From the IMG/VR virus record IMGVR_UViG_3300003690_003506, positions 1 through 62,104 of that record: DNA of 62,104 bases. One strand, written 5' to 3'. Below, in pieces: positions 1 to 9,434 of this stretch. Made by a program: the position numbers and the translations under genes. Under the pieces are notes generated by a model. It searched no databases. It was not told where the DNA came from and worked only from the letters and a program-made list of their open reading frames with translations. The stretch is from a virus (lineage: Duplodnaviria > Caudoviricetes). Numbering within the stretch: the stretch's first letter is position 1; each line of letters opens with the position of its first letter.

Positions 1-278
1 TTACATATCAGCTGACTCTGTATAAGCATTTCTTCTGTCAGAAGCATAATATCGACCCTGAGAATGTAGAAACTCACTTTGCTCTTCTAAAAAGAACTGC
101 CAAAAAAAACCGTGTAGAGATATTTAGGGTAACGAGCGGCAAGAAAAAAACTGAAAACGCTCTTAAACTTTTATACCAAGCAATTTATAATATCTCTAAA
201 AGGGTAAGCATTAAAAATAGGCTCTCTTGCTTTAAGCCTTATCCTTGCAAGCTGTATAAAACCGAACACTGCCCGTAA
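1..278 (+). CDS. C-terminal part of a PD-(D/E)xK / Cas4-like exonuclease (5' truncated)
   Basis: Open frame from nt 3 to TAA at 276-278 reads TYQLTLYKHFF...RLSCFKPYPCKLYKTEHCP. It has a YQLxLY (QxxxY) motif and a terminal three-Cys cluster typical of RecB/Cas4-like nucleases. Confidence 0.65.
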   Translation, partial: TYQLTLYKHFFCQKHNIDPENVETHFALLKRTAKKNRVEIFRVTSGKKKTENALKLLYQAIYNISKRVSIKNRLSCFKPYPCKLYKTEHCP

Positions 279-287
279 AGGAACCCT

Positions 288-1538
288 ATGTCAGATAAAA
301 TTAAGATTTTCACAATTGGCGATCACCCTCTTTCTCCCTCTGGAGTGGGTACACAGTCAAGATATATAATCGAGGGAATGCTCAAAACTGGTAAATATCA
401 GTTTGTATCCTTCGGAGGGGCGATCAAACACCCGGCGCACGAACCCCAACAAACTGAGGAATGGGGCACAGATTGGGTTATATGGCCAGTCGATGGTTAT
501 GGTACAAAAGACATGGTGCGAGCCATGGTACAACAGCAAAAACCAGATATTCTTTGGTTTATGACAGATCCTCGATTTTGGGGATGGTTGTGGCAAATTG
601 AAAATGAAGTGCGTGCACATGTTCCTATGATTTATTATCACGTATGGGACAATTACCCCTATCCTAAATTTAATAGATCATATTACTTGTCAAACGACCA
701 CGTGGCCTGTATATCAAAATTAACTCACGACATCCTGCAAACTGTAGCACCGGAAGTAGAAAGTTCTTATATTCCTCATGCAGTTGATGATGAAATATTT
801 AAGCCACTATCCCCCGAAGTGATAAATCGTCTTAAAAAGGAAAGAGGTTTGGGGGAGAAATTTGTATGTGTTTGGAACAATAGAAATGCGCGTAGAAAAC
901 AATCTGGTACACTAATTTGGTGGTTTAAAGAATTTTTAGATAAGGTGGGACACGACAAAGCAGCTTTAATAATGCATACGGATGTTAAAGATGTCCATGG
1001 ACAAGACCTACAGGCGATTATCCACGAGCTTGGTTTAACTCACGGTGAGGTACTATTTTCCAGGGAAAAGGTATCCTCCCAAGATTTGGCCTTGATGTAC
1101 AATATGTCTGATGTAACAGTTAATATTTCGGATGCAGAGGGTTTTGGCCTATCAACCTTAGAGTCACTTTCGTGTGGCACTCCTATATTGGTGAGTATGA
1201 CCGGTGGCCTTCAAGATCAAATAACGGATGGTAAAAAATGGTTTGGTATTGGTTTGGAGCCATCATCGAAAGCCATTATTGGATCTCAAGAAGTTCCATA
1301 TATCTACGAAGATCGCCTTAATAAAGATGATTTTATTAACGCTTTAGTAGAATTATATGAAATGGGTCCCGAAAAGCGGCAAAAAATGGGAAACTTGGGA
1401 CGGCAGTTTGTACAAAAAAAGTTTAATTTTGAAGATTTTGTCGCTCGATGGGATGACCTTTTTACAAAGATATATGAGGAAAAGGGTTCCTGGGAAACTC
1501 GAGCTGGTTATGAGCGCTATAGTGTAAGGACATATTGA
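288..1538 (+). CDS. GT-B glycosyltransferase (GT4-like)
   Basis: N-terminal PSGVG, NRNARRKQ and AEGFGLSTLESLSCGTP (ExFG..xE) motifs. Confidence 0.9.
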   Translation: MSDKIKIFTIGDHPLSPSGVGTQSRYIIEGMLKTGKYQFVSFGGAIKHPAHEPQQTEEWGTDWVIWPVDGYGTKDMVRAMVQQQKPDILWFMTDPRFWGWLWQIENEVRAHVPMIYYHVWDNYPYPKFNRSYYLSNDHVACISKLTHDILQTVAPEVESSYIPHAVDDEIFKPLSPEVINRLKKERGLGEKFVCVWNNRNARRKQSGTLIWWFKEFLDKVGHDKAALIMHTDVKDVHGQDLQAIIHELGLTHGEVLFSREKVSSQDLALMYNMSDVTVNISDAEGFGLSTLESLSCGTPILVSMTGGLQDQITDGKKWFGIGLEPSSKAIIGSQEVPYIYEDRLNKDDFINALVELYEMGPEKRQKMGNLGRQFVQKKFNFEDFVARWDDLFTKIYEEKGSWETRAGYERYSVRTY

Positions 1539-1539
1539 G

Positions 1540-3624
1540 ATGAGAAAGAAAATATTAATTAAGGGCCCTGTTTTATCTCGCTCTGGGTATGGAGAACAAT
1601 CGAGAATTGCCCTTCGAGCCCTAAGAGAAAGGGCGGACCTGTTTGATATCTATTTGTTGAATATCAATTGGGGCCACACAGCGTTCATAACTTCAGCAGA
1701 TGGCGACGAATACGAATGGCTTCAACAAAAAATATTGGAAACAGCTAATTTTATTCAGGGTGGGGGCACTTTTGACATGTCTTTGCAGATAACAATTCCT
1801 AACGAATTTGAAAAAATAGCACCAATCAATATTGGTTATACTGCCGGAATTGAGACGACCCGCGTTGCACCCGAGTGGATTCAAAAATGTAACGAAATAG
1901 TTGATAAAGTTATAACTATCTCAAAGCATTCGAAAAAAGTTTTTGAGGAAACCAAGTATAATATAAAAAATGACGAAACTGGAGAAGAAACCCTCAATTG
2001 GGGAATTTCAAAGCCAGTCGAGGTTGTTAACTACCCCGTTTACGAGCATAAACCAGAAAGTATTGATATTGAATTTACTACTAATAAAAACTTTTTAGTT
2101 ATTTCACAGTGGGGGATTCGAAAAAACCTCGAAAACACTATCAGATGGTTTATCGAGGAGTTTCAAAATGACGAAGATGTTGGGCTTGTTCTTAAAACAA
2201 ACACCGCATCTGATTGTATTATAGATAGAGAAATTACAGAGAAGAGACTCCAGAATTTATTGGATTCTTTGGGGGATAGAAAATGCAAAATTTATTTAAT
2301 CCATGGTGAGTTAACGTCTGGGGAAATTACGTGGTTATATCAGCACAAGACTATGAAGGCTCTTATCAACATAGCACACGGAGAGGGCTATGGATTGCCG
2401 CTTTTTGAGGCTGCGTATAATCAATTACCTCTGGTGACGATTACTTGGAGCGGCCAAATGGATTTCATTTGTAAGCCAAACAAAAAAGGTAAAAATGTTC
2501 CACTTGTCGCACGCGTAGATTATGATCTTAAACCAGTACAAGAAGAAGCTCGCTGGCCAGGCGTTATAACTGAAGAGTCTATGTGGGCATATGCTCGCGA
2601 AAATTCCTATAAACGTGCGCTCAGAGATGTATATAAAAAGGAAAAGCATTATAAGAATCAAGCCAAGTCCCTACAAAACCATATATTGGCAAATTTTAAG
2701 AAAGAAAAAATTTATAGGCAATACATTACGAGTTTAGGATTTGAAACCTTTTTAGAGAAATCAGATTATGTGTTTGTTAGCGACGCGTTTAGGGACCAAT
2801 TTGTTGGTGGTGCAGAATTAAGCTTGCAGTCTTTAATAGACACATGCCCCGGCACAAAAAGATTAGTAAACTCTTCTGACTTAACAAAGGAGACAATTGA
2901 TTTTTATAAAGATTCTACCTGGATATTTGGTAATATAGCACAGGTTAAAAATGATGAGACACTTCAATATATAATCGATAGTAAAATTAAATATCATTTT
3001 GTTGAGTTTGACTATAAATTTTGCGAATATAGAAATCCCCTTCTTTACAAAATGCTGGAGGATGAAGAGTGTGACTATGCATCAACCGATAAGGGGAAAT
3101 TAATCACTAATTTTGTCAACGGCTCTGTAATGACTCATTTTATGTCTCAAAAACAAATAGATATATATAAAGATAGTCTTGAAAACATAGACGAAAGTAA
3201 AACGCATCTCCTATCATCTGTTTTTGATGACGAATTTTTTGATAAAATTGATGACTTAAGAAATCAACTTCCAGAGGAGAAAGAAAAATATCTTGTTTTG
3301 GGGTCTCGTTCGTGGGTTAAGGGTTTTTCCGATTCGGAGAAATGGTGCAAAGAAAATAAGATGGAATATGAGGTAATTAGTGATCTTACACCGTCGCAAG
3401 TTCTTGAAAAGCTCGCCGGCGCCAAAGGTATCTGCTTTAAGCCCTCTGGGCTAGATACGTGCCCCAGGTATGTTATTGAAGCAAAGCTATTAGGCTGCGA
3501 ATTGGAATTAAATGATAATGTACAGCATCTTGATGAAGAGTGGTTTAATACAAATGATATTGATGGTGTTGTAGAATACCTCAGATCTCGTAGGTCTGTA
3601 TTCTGGAATTGTGCCGCGGATTGA
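1540..3624 (+). CDS. Two-domain glycosyltransferase (GT4-like plus a second GT-B-like domain)
   Basis: First half has SRSGYG, RKNL and GEGYGLPLFEAA. Second half has VGGAELS and DTCPRYVIEAKLLGC. Confidence 0.85.
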   Translation: MRKKILIKGPVLSRSGYGEQSRIALRALRERADLFDIYLLNINWGHTAFITSADGDEYEWLQQKILETANFIQGGGTFDMSLQITIPNEFEKIAPINIGYTAGIETTRVAPEWIQKCNEIVDKVITISKHSKKVFEETKYNIKNDETGEETLNWGISKPVEVVNYPVYEHKPESIDIEFTTNKNFLVISQWGIRKNLENTIRWFIEEFQNDEDVGLVLKTNTASDCIIDREITEKRLQNLLDSLGDRKCKIYLIHGELTSGEITWLYQHKTMKALINIAHGEGYGLPLFEAAYNQLPLVTITWSGQMDFICKPNKKGKNVPLVARVDYDLKPVQEEARWPGVITEESMWAYARENSYKRALRDVYKKEKHYKNQAKSLQNHILANFKKEKIYRQYITSLGFETFLEKSDYVFVSDAFRDQFVGGAELSLQSLIDTCPGTKRLVNSSDLTKETIDFYKDSTWIFGNIAQVKNDETLQYIIDSKIKYHFVEFDYKFCEYRNPLLYKMLEDEECDYASTDKGKLITNFVNGSVMTHFMSQKQIDIYKDSLENIDESKTHLLSSVFDDEFFDKIDDLRNQLPEEKEKYLVLGSRSWVKGFSDSEKWCKENKMEYEVISDLTPSQVLEKLAGAKGICFKPSGLDTCPRYVIEAKLLGCELELNDNVQHLDEEWFNTNDIDGVVEYLRSRRSVFWNCAAD

Positions 3625-4355
3625 TGAGTAAACATTTCACAATTGTAATTCCTTCCTACAATTGTAGAAATTGGGTTCAAAAAAATTTAAATTCGGCATG
3701 CCGACAGGAATATGATAATTTCGATGTCGTATATATAGATGATGCCTCAACAGATGGTACAACGGAACTTGTTAGAGAATATAAAGACAAAGATAATCTA
3801 GAAATAATATTTAATCCTTTCAATAAAGGTAAAATGGAAAATTTATTTAATGTGGTAAATTCTGCTAAAGATGATACAATCATTCTTATTTTAGACGGCG
3901 ATGACTGGCTATCGCACGCCGATGTCTTAAAAACCCTTAATGAGGTGTATAAATCAGATGATGTGTGGATGACAAACGGATCTTATGTAATAGACTCCAC
4001 AGGGGAAATTGTAACGCCGAAGATAAATTCTTCATATTGGGAAGGAGGAATCAGAAAGAAATCCTGGGAGCTTTCTCATTTGGGCACATTTAGAAAAAAG
4101 TTGTTTTGTAAGATAAAAAGAAAAGATTTAATGAACAAACAGGGAGAGTTTTGGTCAACAACAAGCGATCAAGCAGTAATGTGGCCTATGGCAGAAATGG
4201 CCGGCCCTGAACATTTTCGAGCACTAAAAAATGTTTTATATGTTTATAATAGACTAAATCCATTATCTGATGATCGCGCTCATCGACAAGATCAACTTAT
4301 AACCGAACAGATCATCCGCAATAAAAAACCATATTCTATATTGGAGTGCCTGTGA
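3624..4355 (+). CDS. GT2 family glycosyltransferase
   Basis: IVIPSYN, YIDDASTDGT and LDGDDW motifs. The ATG at 3624 overlaps the upstream TGA and is preferred over 3609. Confidence 0.9.
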   Translation: MSKHFTIVIPSYNCRNWVQKNLNSACRQEYDNFDVVYIDDASTDGTTELVREYKDKDNLEIIFNPFNKGKMENLFNVVNSAKDDTIILILDGDDWLSHADVLKTLNEVYKSDDVWMTNGSYVIDSTGEIVTPKINSSYWEGGIRKKSWELSHLGTFRKKLFCKIKRKDLMNKQGEFWSTTSDQAVMWPMAEMAGPEHFRALKNVLYVYNRLNPLSDDRAHRQDQLITEQIIRNKKPYSILECL

Positions 4356-5260
4356 ATATATTTTTAGAAAATGTCAATTTGAGTTCCAACTCGGGCCCCA
4401 ACTATTTTGCACAAAAATTAATCAAATATTTGGAACCCAGAAGTGTATTATTTGACCCAAAATTCAAGTATGATCTAAAATTAACTTTTATTGAATCTCA
4501 CAATCATATGCCGCAGCTTCCAATGATTCAGCGATTAGACGGAATTTATTTTAACGCCAATTTTGATTGTGATAGAATGAATTATAATATTAAGAGGACA
4601 TATGAGCTGGCGCAAGGGGTAATATTCCAAACGGAATTCAATAAAGAATTGATCTTTAATTGGTTTGGGGAGCACGACAATTACAGAGTCATAAATAATG
4701 GTGCGGACATTTCCTATATTAAAAATCTGCAGGAAGTACAGTCGATAGAAGAGAAGTTTCAGGAGTTTGAGAATGTATGGAGTTGCGCTGCCCATTGGCA
4801 CGTTTTTAAGAGACTCAAAGATAATATAGAATACTTTTTAAATTTTTCTGGTGAAAACGATTGTTTGGTTGTTGCTGGTCCTGGGGCAGATCATCTTATA
4901 ACACATCCTCGTGTTTTTTATGTTGATAACTTAGATACGGATGAATTGCTAACTCTATTTAAGATATCTAAATATTTTATCCATTTGGCATATTTAGATC
5001 ACTGCCCGAATGTTGTAATAGATGCTAGGGTTTGCGGTTGTCAAATTATTTGTTCTTCTACGGGAGGAACAAAAGAAATCGCCGGCGAGGACGCTATTAT
5101 AATCCAAGAGGCTCCGTGGGATTATAGCTTCTTAGACAGTAAGGTGCCTCCCGAGGTAAACTATGACAAGAAGTCTAGAACAGGCATCGAATCGAATATG
5201 TCCATGATAAAAGTAGCAAAAAAATATTATGATTTTTTCAAAGAAACAGGAAAACGATGA
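4346..5260 (+). CDS. GT-B glycosyltransferase (GT4-like)
   Basis: SNSGP, RLDG, INNGAD and DHCPNVVIDA..CGC..I.SSTGGTKEI motifs; GTG start. Confidence 0.8.
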   Translation: MPVNIFLENVNLSSNSGPNYFAQKLIKYLEPRSVLFDPKFKYDLKLTFIESHNHMPQLPMIQRLDGIYFNANFDCDRMNYNIKRTYELAQGVIFQTEFNKELIFNWFGEHDNYRVINNGADISYIKNLQEVQSIEEKFQEFENVWSCAAHWHVFKRLKDNIEYFLNFSGENDCLVVAGPGADHLITHPRVFYVDNLDTDELLTLFKISKYFIHLAYLDHCPNVVIDARVCGCQIICSSTGGTKEIAGEDAIIIQEAPWDYSFLDSKVPPEVNYDKKSRTGIESNMSMIKVAKKYYDFFKETGKR

Positions 5261-7185
5261 CTGAAAGGCAATTTAAAGAGGAAGAATATTTTGGCTGGCG
5301 TGCTTCCTGCGCGCAAGACTATATTGATGCTTGTGTTGAAGCATTGACCGACGACGAGGCTTTTAAGAATTTTCGTCGTAATCCAAAATATACTCCTATA
5401 CTTGCGCATGTTACAGCCAATCAAGGAATAGAATATCTTGCTGATATTATTCAAAATAATTCATATATCATTGATAAATTTATACATATGAAGGACACCA
5501 CAGGAAACCCGCTATTGAGTAATTTTACAATCAGTAAGGAGAATAACCCTGCATATTTAAATCTTAATATGTCTCCAACCGCCACAAGATATATTAAAGT
5601 TTTTAGCGATCTGGTGACGTTATTTGGTTCCTTAGAAAACTTCAATATTGTAGAAATTGGTGGTGGTTTTGGCGGCCTAGCTAATATTTTATCAAAGGGT
5701 AACTATAAAAATTATTATAATATTGATCTTCGTGAGCCGGGACTTTTGGCGAAGAAATATTGCACAACTGTTGGGATTAAAAATTTCCATATAATAACTC
5801 CATCTGAATTACATAAGTTAGAAGATGTTGAAATTGATTTGGTAATTAGCAACTACGCATTCTCGGAATGTAGTTATGAAGCTCAAGACATTTATATTGA
5901 TAAGATAATTTCAAGAGCCAAGAGAGGATATATCACACACAACACAACACAACAGCGTATTGAAAGAACAAAATCTATTATTGGAAACTACAAAAACTTT
6001 ATGTTGTTTAAAAAAGATGTATGTCAGAAAAAACATCCTATTTTTTCATGGGATAAAACAAAATCGCGAATATCTGTGATTGGTATTGGTCGCTTGGGGT
6101 TGTGTTTTTGCTTAAGTCTAGAGAAAGGGCGCCACGATGTTGTTGGATGTGATATTAATCAAGACTATGTTGATAATATAAATAATAAAACTTTTCTATC
6201 TCACGAACTGGGAGTAAATGAACTTTTAGGTAATACGAAGTCCCTTGAAGCAACTACAGATTTAAATAAGACCGTTAAGCATGCAGATTTGATATTTGTT
6301 ACAGTTGCATCGTATTCTGAGCCGGATGGAAGATACGATGTTTCTCAAGTTGATTCTGTGGTCGAATCGCTAATACAACTTGGAAAGCAGCCAACCAAAA
6401 AACATTTGGTAATATGTACAAATGTAAATCCTGGGTATTCTGATACGGTCTACGAAAGGTTAAAAGATTATAATTGGGAAGTTTCTTTTAATCCTGAAAC
6501 AGTTGCACAAGGAACTATACTACAAAATCAAGCAGAGCCGGATTGCGTGTATATCGGTAGTGATACACAAGAATTAGCTGATGAAATAGCTATTATATAT
6601 GAGAATGTATGTAATAATACACCATCAATTCACACAATGGATCGTTTAAGTGCCGAACTTACAAAGGTTTCATTAAATTGTTATCTGACTTGTAAAATAT
6701 CGTTTGCAAATATGGTCGGGGATCTTGCGACTAAGATTGGCGCGGATCCGGAAAAAGTTTTGAGTGCTGTCGGTGCCGACAGTCGAATAAATCCAAAGTT
6801 TTTTAAATATGGTTTTGGATGGGGAGGCCCGTGTTTTCCGAGAGATACGAGAGCGTTTATACGTCTGGCGGCGAATAACGACTTACCTCACGATATGTGC
6901 ACAGCCGCGAACGAAATAAACAAGAAACATTTAGATTTTCAAGTCGACGAGTTTTTAAAAACCGGTAAGAAAAAATATTACACTGACTCGGTGACGTATA
7001 AGAAAGATACTATTATTCTTGAAGAATCCCAGCAGTTAGCTTTCGCAAAGCGTCTTGCTGCAGCAGGAGTTGAAGTAACAATTAAAGAGAGCCCAGAAGT
7101 GGCTCGTGCACTTCAGGAGCAAGGGAGCAAGATAAAAATAATACCGAATTCAACAGGGAAGGATTTATCCAAAAATAATGACTAA
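5257..7185 (+). CDS. Fusion of a putative sugar O-methyltransferase and a UDP-glucose/GDP-mannose dehydrogenase family domain
   Basis: N-half has IVEIGGGFGG and ISNYAFSEC. C-half has VIGIGRLG, FNPE and GFGWGGPCFPRD (catalytic Cys). Confidence 0.85.
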   Translation: MTERQFKEEEYFGWRASCAQDYIDACVEALTDDEAFKNFRRNPKYTPILAHVTANQGIEYLADIIQNNSYIIDKFIHMKDTTGNPLLSNFTISKENNPAYLNLNMSPTATRYIKVFSDLVTLFGSLENFNIVEIGGGFGGLANILSKGNYKNYYNIDLREPGLLAKKYCTTVGIKNFHIITPSELHKLEDVEIDLVISNYAFSECSYEAQDIYIDKIISRAKRGYITHNTTQQRIERTKSIIGNYKNFMLFKKDVCQKKHPIFSWDKTKSRISVIGIGRLGLCFCLSLEKGRHDVVGCDINQDYVDNINNKTFLSHELGVNELLGNTKSLEATTDLNKTVKHADLIFVTVASYSEPDGRYDVSQVDSVVESLIQLGKQPTKKHLVICTNVNPGYSDTVYERLKDYNWEVSFNPETVAQGTILQNQAEPDCVYIGSDTQELADEIAIIYENVCNNTPSIHTMDRLSAELTKVSLNCYLTCKISFANMVGDLATKIGADPEKVLSAVGADSRINPKFFKYGFGWGGPCFPRDTRAFIRLAANNDLPHDMCTAANEINKKHLDFQVDEFLKTGKKKYYTDSVTYKKDTIILEESQQLAFAKRLAAAGVEVTIKESPEVARALQEQGSKIKIIPNSTGKDLSKNND

Positions 7186-8095
7186 TGGAACCGTAACCGT
7201 AAATTTTACAATTGGATTTGGGAACAACTTATTTCAATATGTTTGTGCTAGACTGATAGCAGAGAGAAACAATTTACAATTACGCCACCGGGATATTCCA
7301 GAAGTAGGCATTATAGCCGCGGCCGCAGAAGTTGATAGGGGCCTTCCTACTTTTGTTGTAGATGATGGTAACTATAAAAAAGCTTTATTTACAGAAAACC
7401 TTCAGAATTATAATGTGTTGGTTAATGGATATTTTGAAGATTATAAAATACTAAAGAATCATCTATCAGAGGTCAGGACTTGGTTCACTCCACATAAGAT
7501 AACAAACACGAAGGATGTTATTTTACACCTAAGACTCCAAAATAGGCTAATTCAAGTTAGTCATAATAAAAATCACATTAAAGTGGATTCTTTTAAGGAC
7601 GCCATTGGGCAGTTTGAATATGATAGACTTCATATTGTAACTGATGCTGGAAAATGGACACCATACACTCTTGAAGACATAGAAAAGATTAGGCACGAAG
7701 TATCTATTGGGCCAAATCCTCCCTCAAATTCGCCATGGGTTGAAACTGAGCAATCTATGGAATATATGAATCATTTGATAAAAGACTTTGCAGACCTTGA
7801 TCCTATAGTACACTGCAATGGAGAAGAAACGCTAGAGGGCACAGGAGCGCTACGAGGTGGTTTTATGGATGATTTTAATTTACTAAGAAGCTTTAACCAG
7901 GTCATAGTTTTTAATAGTACATTTTCTTGGTGGGGCGCCATTTTAAGCGGAGCAGAAAAGGTGGCAATTTTTAGTCCCTGGAAGATTGCCAAGCCTAAGC
8001 ATCAAAGAAGAAATTTAGGAGGCACCAATTTTCCCGGATGGTTTTCGTGGGGCAACCCAGATGATTTATATTTTAAAAAATATGGTGTAGAATGA
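7178..8095 (+). CDS. GT11-like (alpha-1,2-fucosyltransferase-like) glycosyltransferase
   Basis: GFGNNLFQY, LHLR and NSTFSWWGA motifs characteristic of GT11. Confidence 0.8.
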   Translation: MTNGTVTVNFTIGFGNNLFQYVCARLIAERNNLQLRHRDIPEVGIIAAAAEVDRGLPTFVVDDGNYKKALFTENLQNYNVLVNGYFEDYKILKNHLSEVRTWFTPHKITNTKDVILHLRLQNRLIQVSHNKNHIKVDSFKDAIGQFEYDRLHIVTDAGKWTPYTLEDIEKIRHEVSIGPNPPSNSPWVETEQSMEYMNHLIKDFADLDPIVHCNGEETLEGTGALRGGFMDDFNLLRSFNQVIVFNSTFSWWGAILSGAEKVAIFSPWKIAKPKHQRRNLGGTNFPGWFSWGNPDDLYFKKYGVE

Positions 8096-8703
8096 AAAAA
8101 TTAATTATTTTTGATTTAGATGGAGTTTTGGTCGATGCTTGTGAGTGGCATCGTGTGGCGTTAAATGAGGCTTTAAAAGAAGTTTGTAATTATGAAATTT
8201 CTCTGGAAGAACACTATTCTACATTTAATGGAACTCCCACAAAAGTAAAATTGCAAAAATTGACAGAATTGGGAATTTTGCCACTCGATCAGCATCAAGA
8301 AGTATATGATAAGAAGCAAGAGTTAACGGCTGAAACAATTAGAAAGAATGCCACCCACAGAAAAGAAAAAGTCGACATGATCGAAGAGTTAAAACAGAAC
8401 GGATATTCTATAGCTTGTTATACCAACAGTATTCGGAATACTGCTATTTTAATGCTTCAGAAGACAGGGGTACTAGAACATTTAGATTATTTATTGACAA
8501 ACCAAGATGTGAAAAAAACCAAACCGGACCCAGAAGGATATCTCTTCTTGGTTAAAAAATTTAATGTTCAAAAAAATGATGTTATAATAGTCGAAGATTC
8601 TCCGAAAGGCCGAGCTGCAGCACACGCCTCTGGATGTAATGTGATAGAAGTCGAGAATCCGGATGAGGTTAATATAGAACTTTTTAGGGAGTATTTGAAG
8701 TGA
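8092..8703 (+). CDS. HAD-superfamily phosphatase
   Basis: FDLDGVLVD, KPDPEGY and VEDSPKG motifs. Confidence 0.9.
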   Translation: MKKLIIFDLDGVLVDACEWHRVALNEALKEVCNYEISLEEHYSTFNGTPTKVKLQKLTELGILPLDQHQEVYDKKQELTAETIRKNATHRKEKVDMIEELKQNGYSIACYTNSIRNTAILMLQKTGVLEHLDYLLTNQDVKKTKPDPEGYLFLVKKFNVQKNDVIIVEDSPKGRAAAHASGCNVIEVENPDEVNIELFREYLK

Positions 8704-9416
8704 AGGTGTTGATTCCAATGGCCGGCGAAGGGAGCCGATTTACAAAAGAAGGCTATACGTTTCCAAAGCCTCTAATTCATGTAAATGGTAAACCTATGAT
8801 TCAAACTGTTATAGAAAATTTGGATTTTGATTGTGAGTATATTTTTCTTGTTAGGGAATCTCACGTTGAGCAATATCCTGGCCTCATTGATACGCTTGAT
8901 AGAATCACTAATGGCAATTTTAAGCATATTCTTGTTGACGGTCTTACTGAAGGTGCCACTTGTACGGCACTATTGGCCGAAGAGTATATCGATAATAATG
9001 AGGATTTGCTAATAGCCAATTCAGATCAATATATTGAATATCAACTTCAAAATTTTAATATGCTTAAAAATCAAACATCGGCTGACGCTATAGTTTATAC
9101 TTTTAATGCTGTTCATCCAAAATGGTCATTTGTAAAAACAAATTCGAGAGGGTTTGTGGTGGAAGTGGCAGAAAAGAAGCCAATTTCAAATATTGCTACG
9201 TGTGGTATTTATTGGTACCGCCGAGGGTCTGATTTTGTAAAATATGCCAAACAAATGATAGAGAAAAATATACGAGTTAATAATGAATTCTATATTGCAC
9301 CGGTATATAATGAATTAATTGCAGATGGAAAAACATTGATTCCATTTTATGTTCATAAAATGTGGGGAATAGGAACACCGGAAGACTTAAAACATTTTTT
9401 GGATAACTGCCCCTAA
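8700..9416 (+). CDS. Sugar-phosphate nucleotidyltransferase (NTP transferase family)
   Basis: IPMAGEGSRF..GY..PKPLI, ANSDQ, AEKKPIS and GIGTPEDL motifs. Confidence 0.9.
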   Translation: MKVLIPMAGEGSRFTKEGYTFPKPLIHVNGKPMIQTVIENLDFDCEYIFLVRESHVEQYPGLIDTLDRITNGNFKHILVDGLTEGATCTALLAEEYIDNNEDLLIANSDQYIEYQLQNFNMLKNQTSADAIVYTFNAVHPKWSFVKTNSRGFVVEVAEKKPISNIATCGIYWYRRGSDFVKYAKQMIEKNIRVNNEFYIAPVYNELIADGKTLIPFYVHKMWGIGTPEDLKHFLDNCP

Positions 9417-9420
9417 TTAT
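9413..9420 (+). promoter_or_regulatory. Candidate phage late promoter motif CTAWTTAT
   Basis: CTAATTAT 14 nt before the ATG at 9435; the same octamer precedes four structural genes. Confidence 0.35.
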
Positions 9421-9434
9421 TACGGAGAGAAAAA

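Noticed and set aside
1-278. Cas4-like fragment as evidence for a CRISPR-Cas system
   Set aside because: No repeat-spacer array or other cas gene was seen, and stand-alone Cas4-like nucleases are common in phages.
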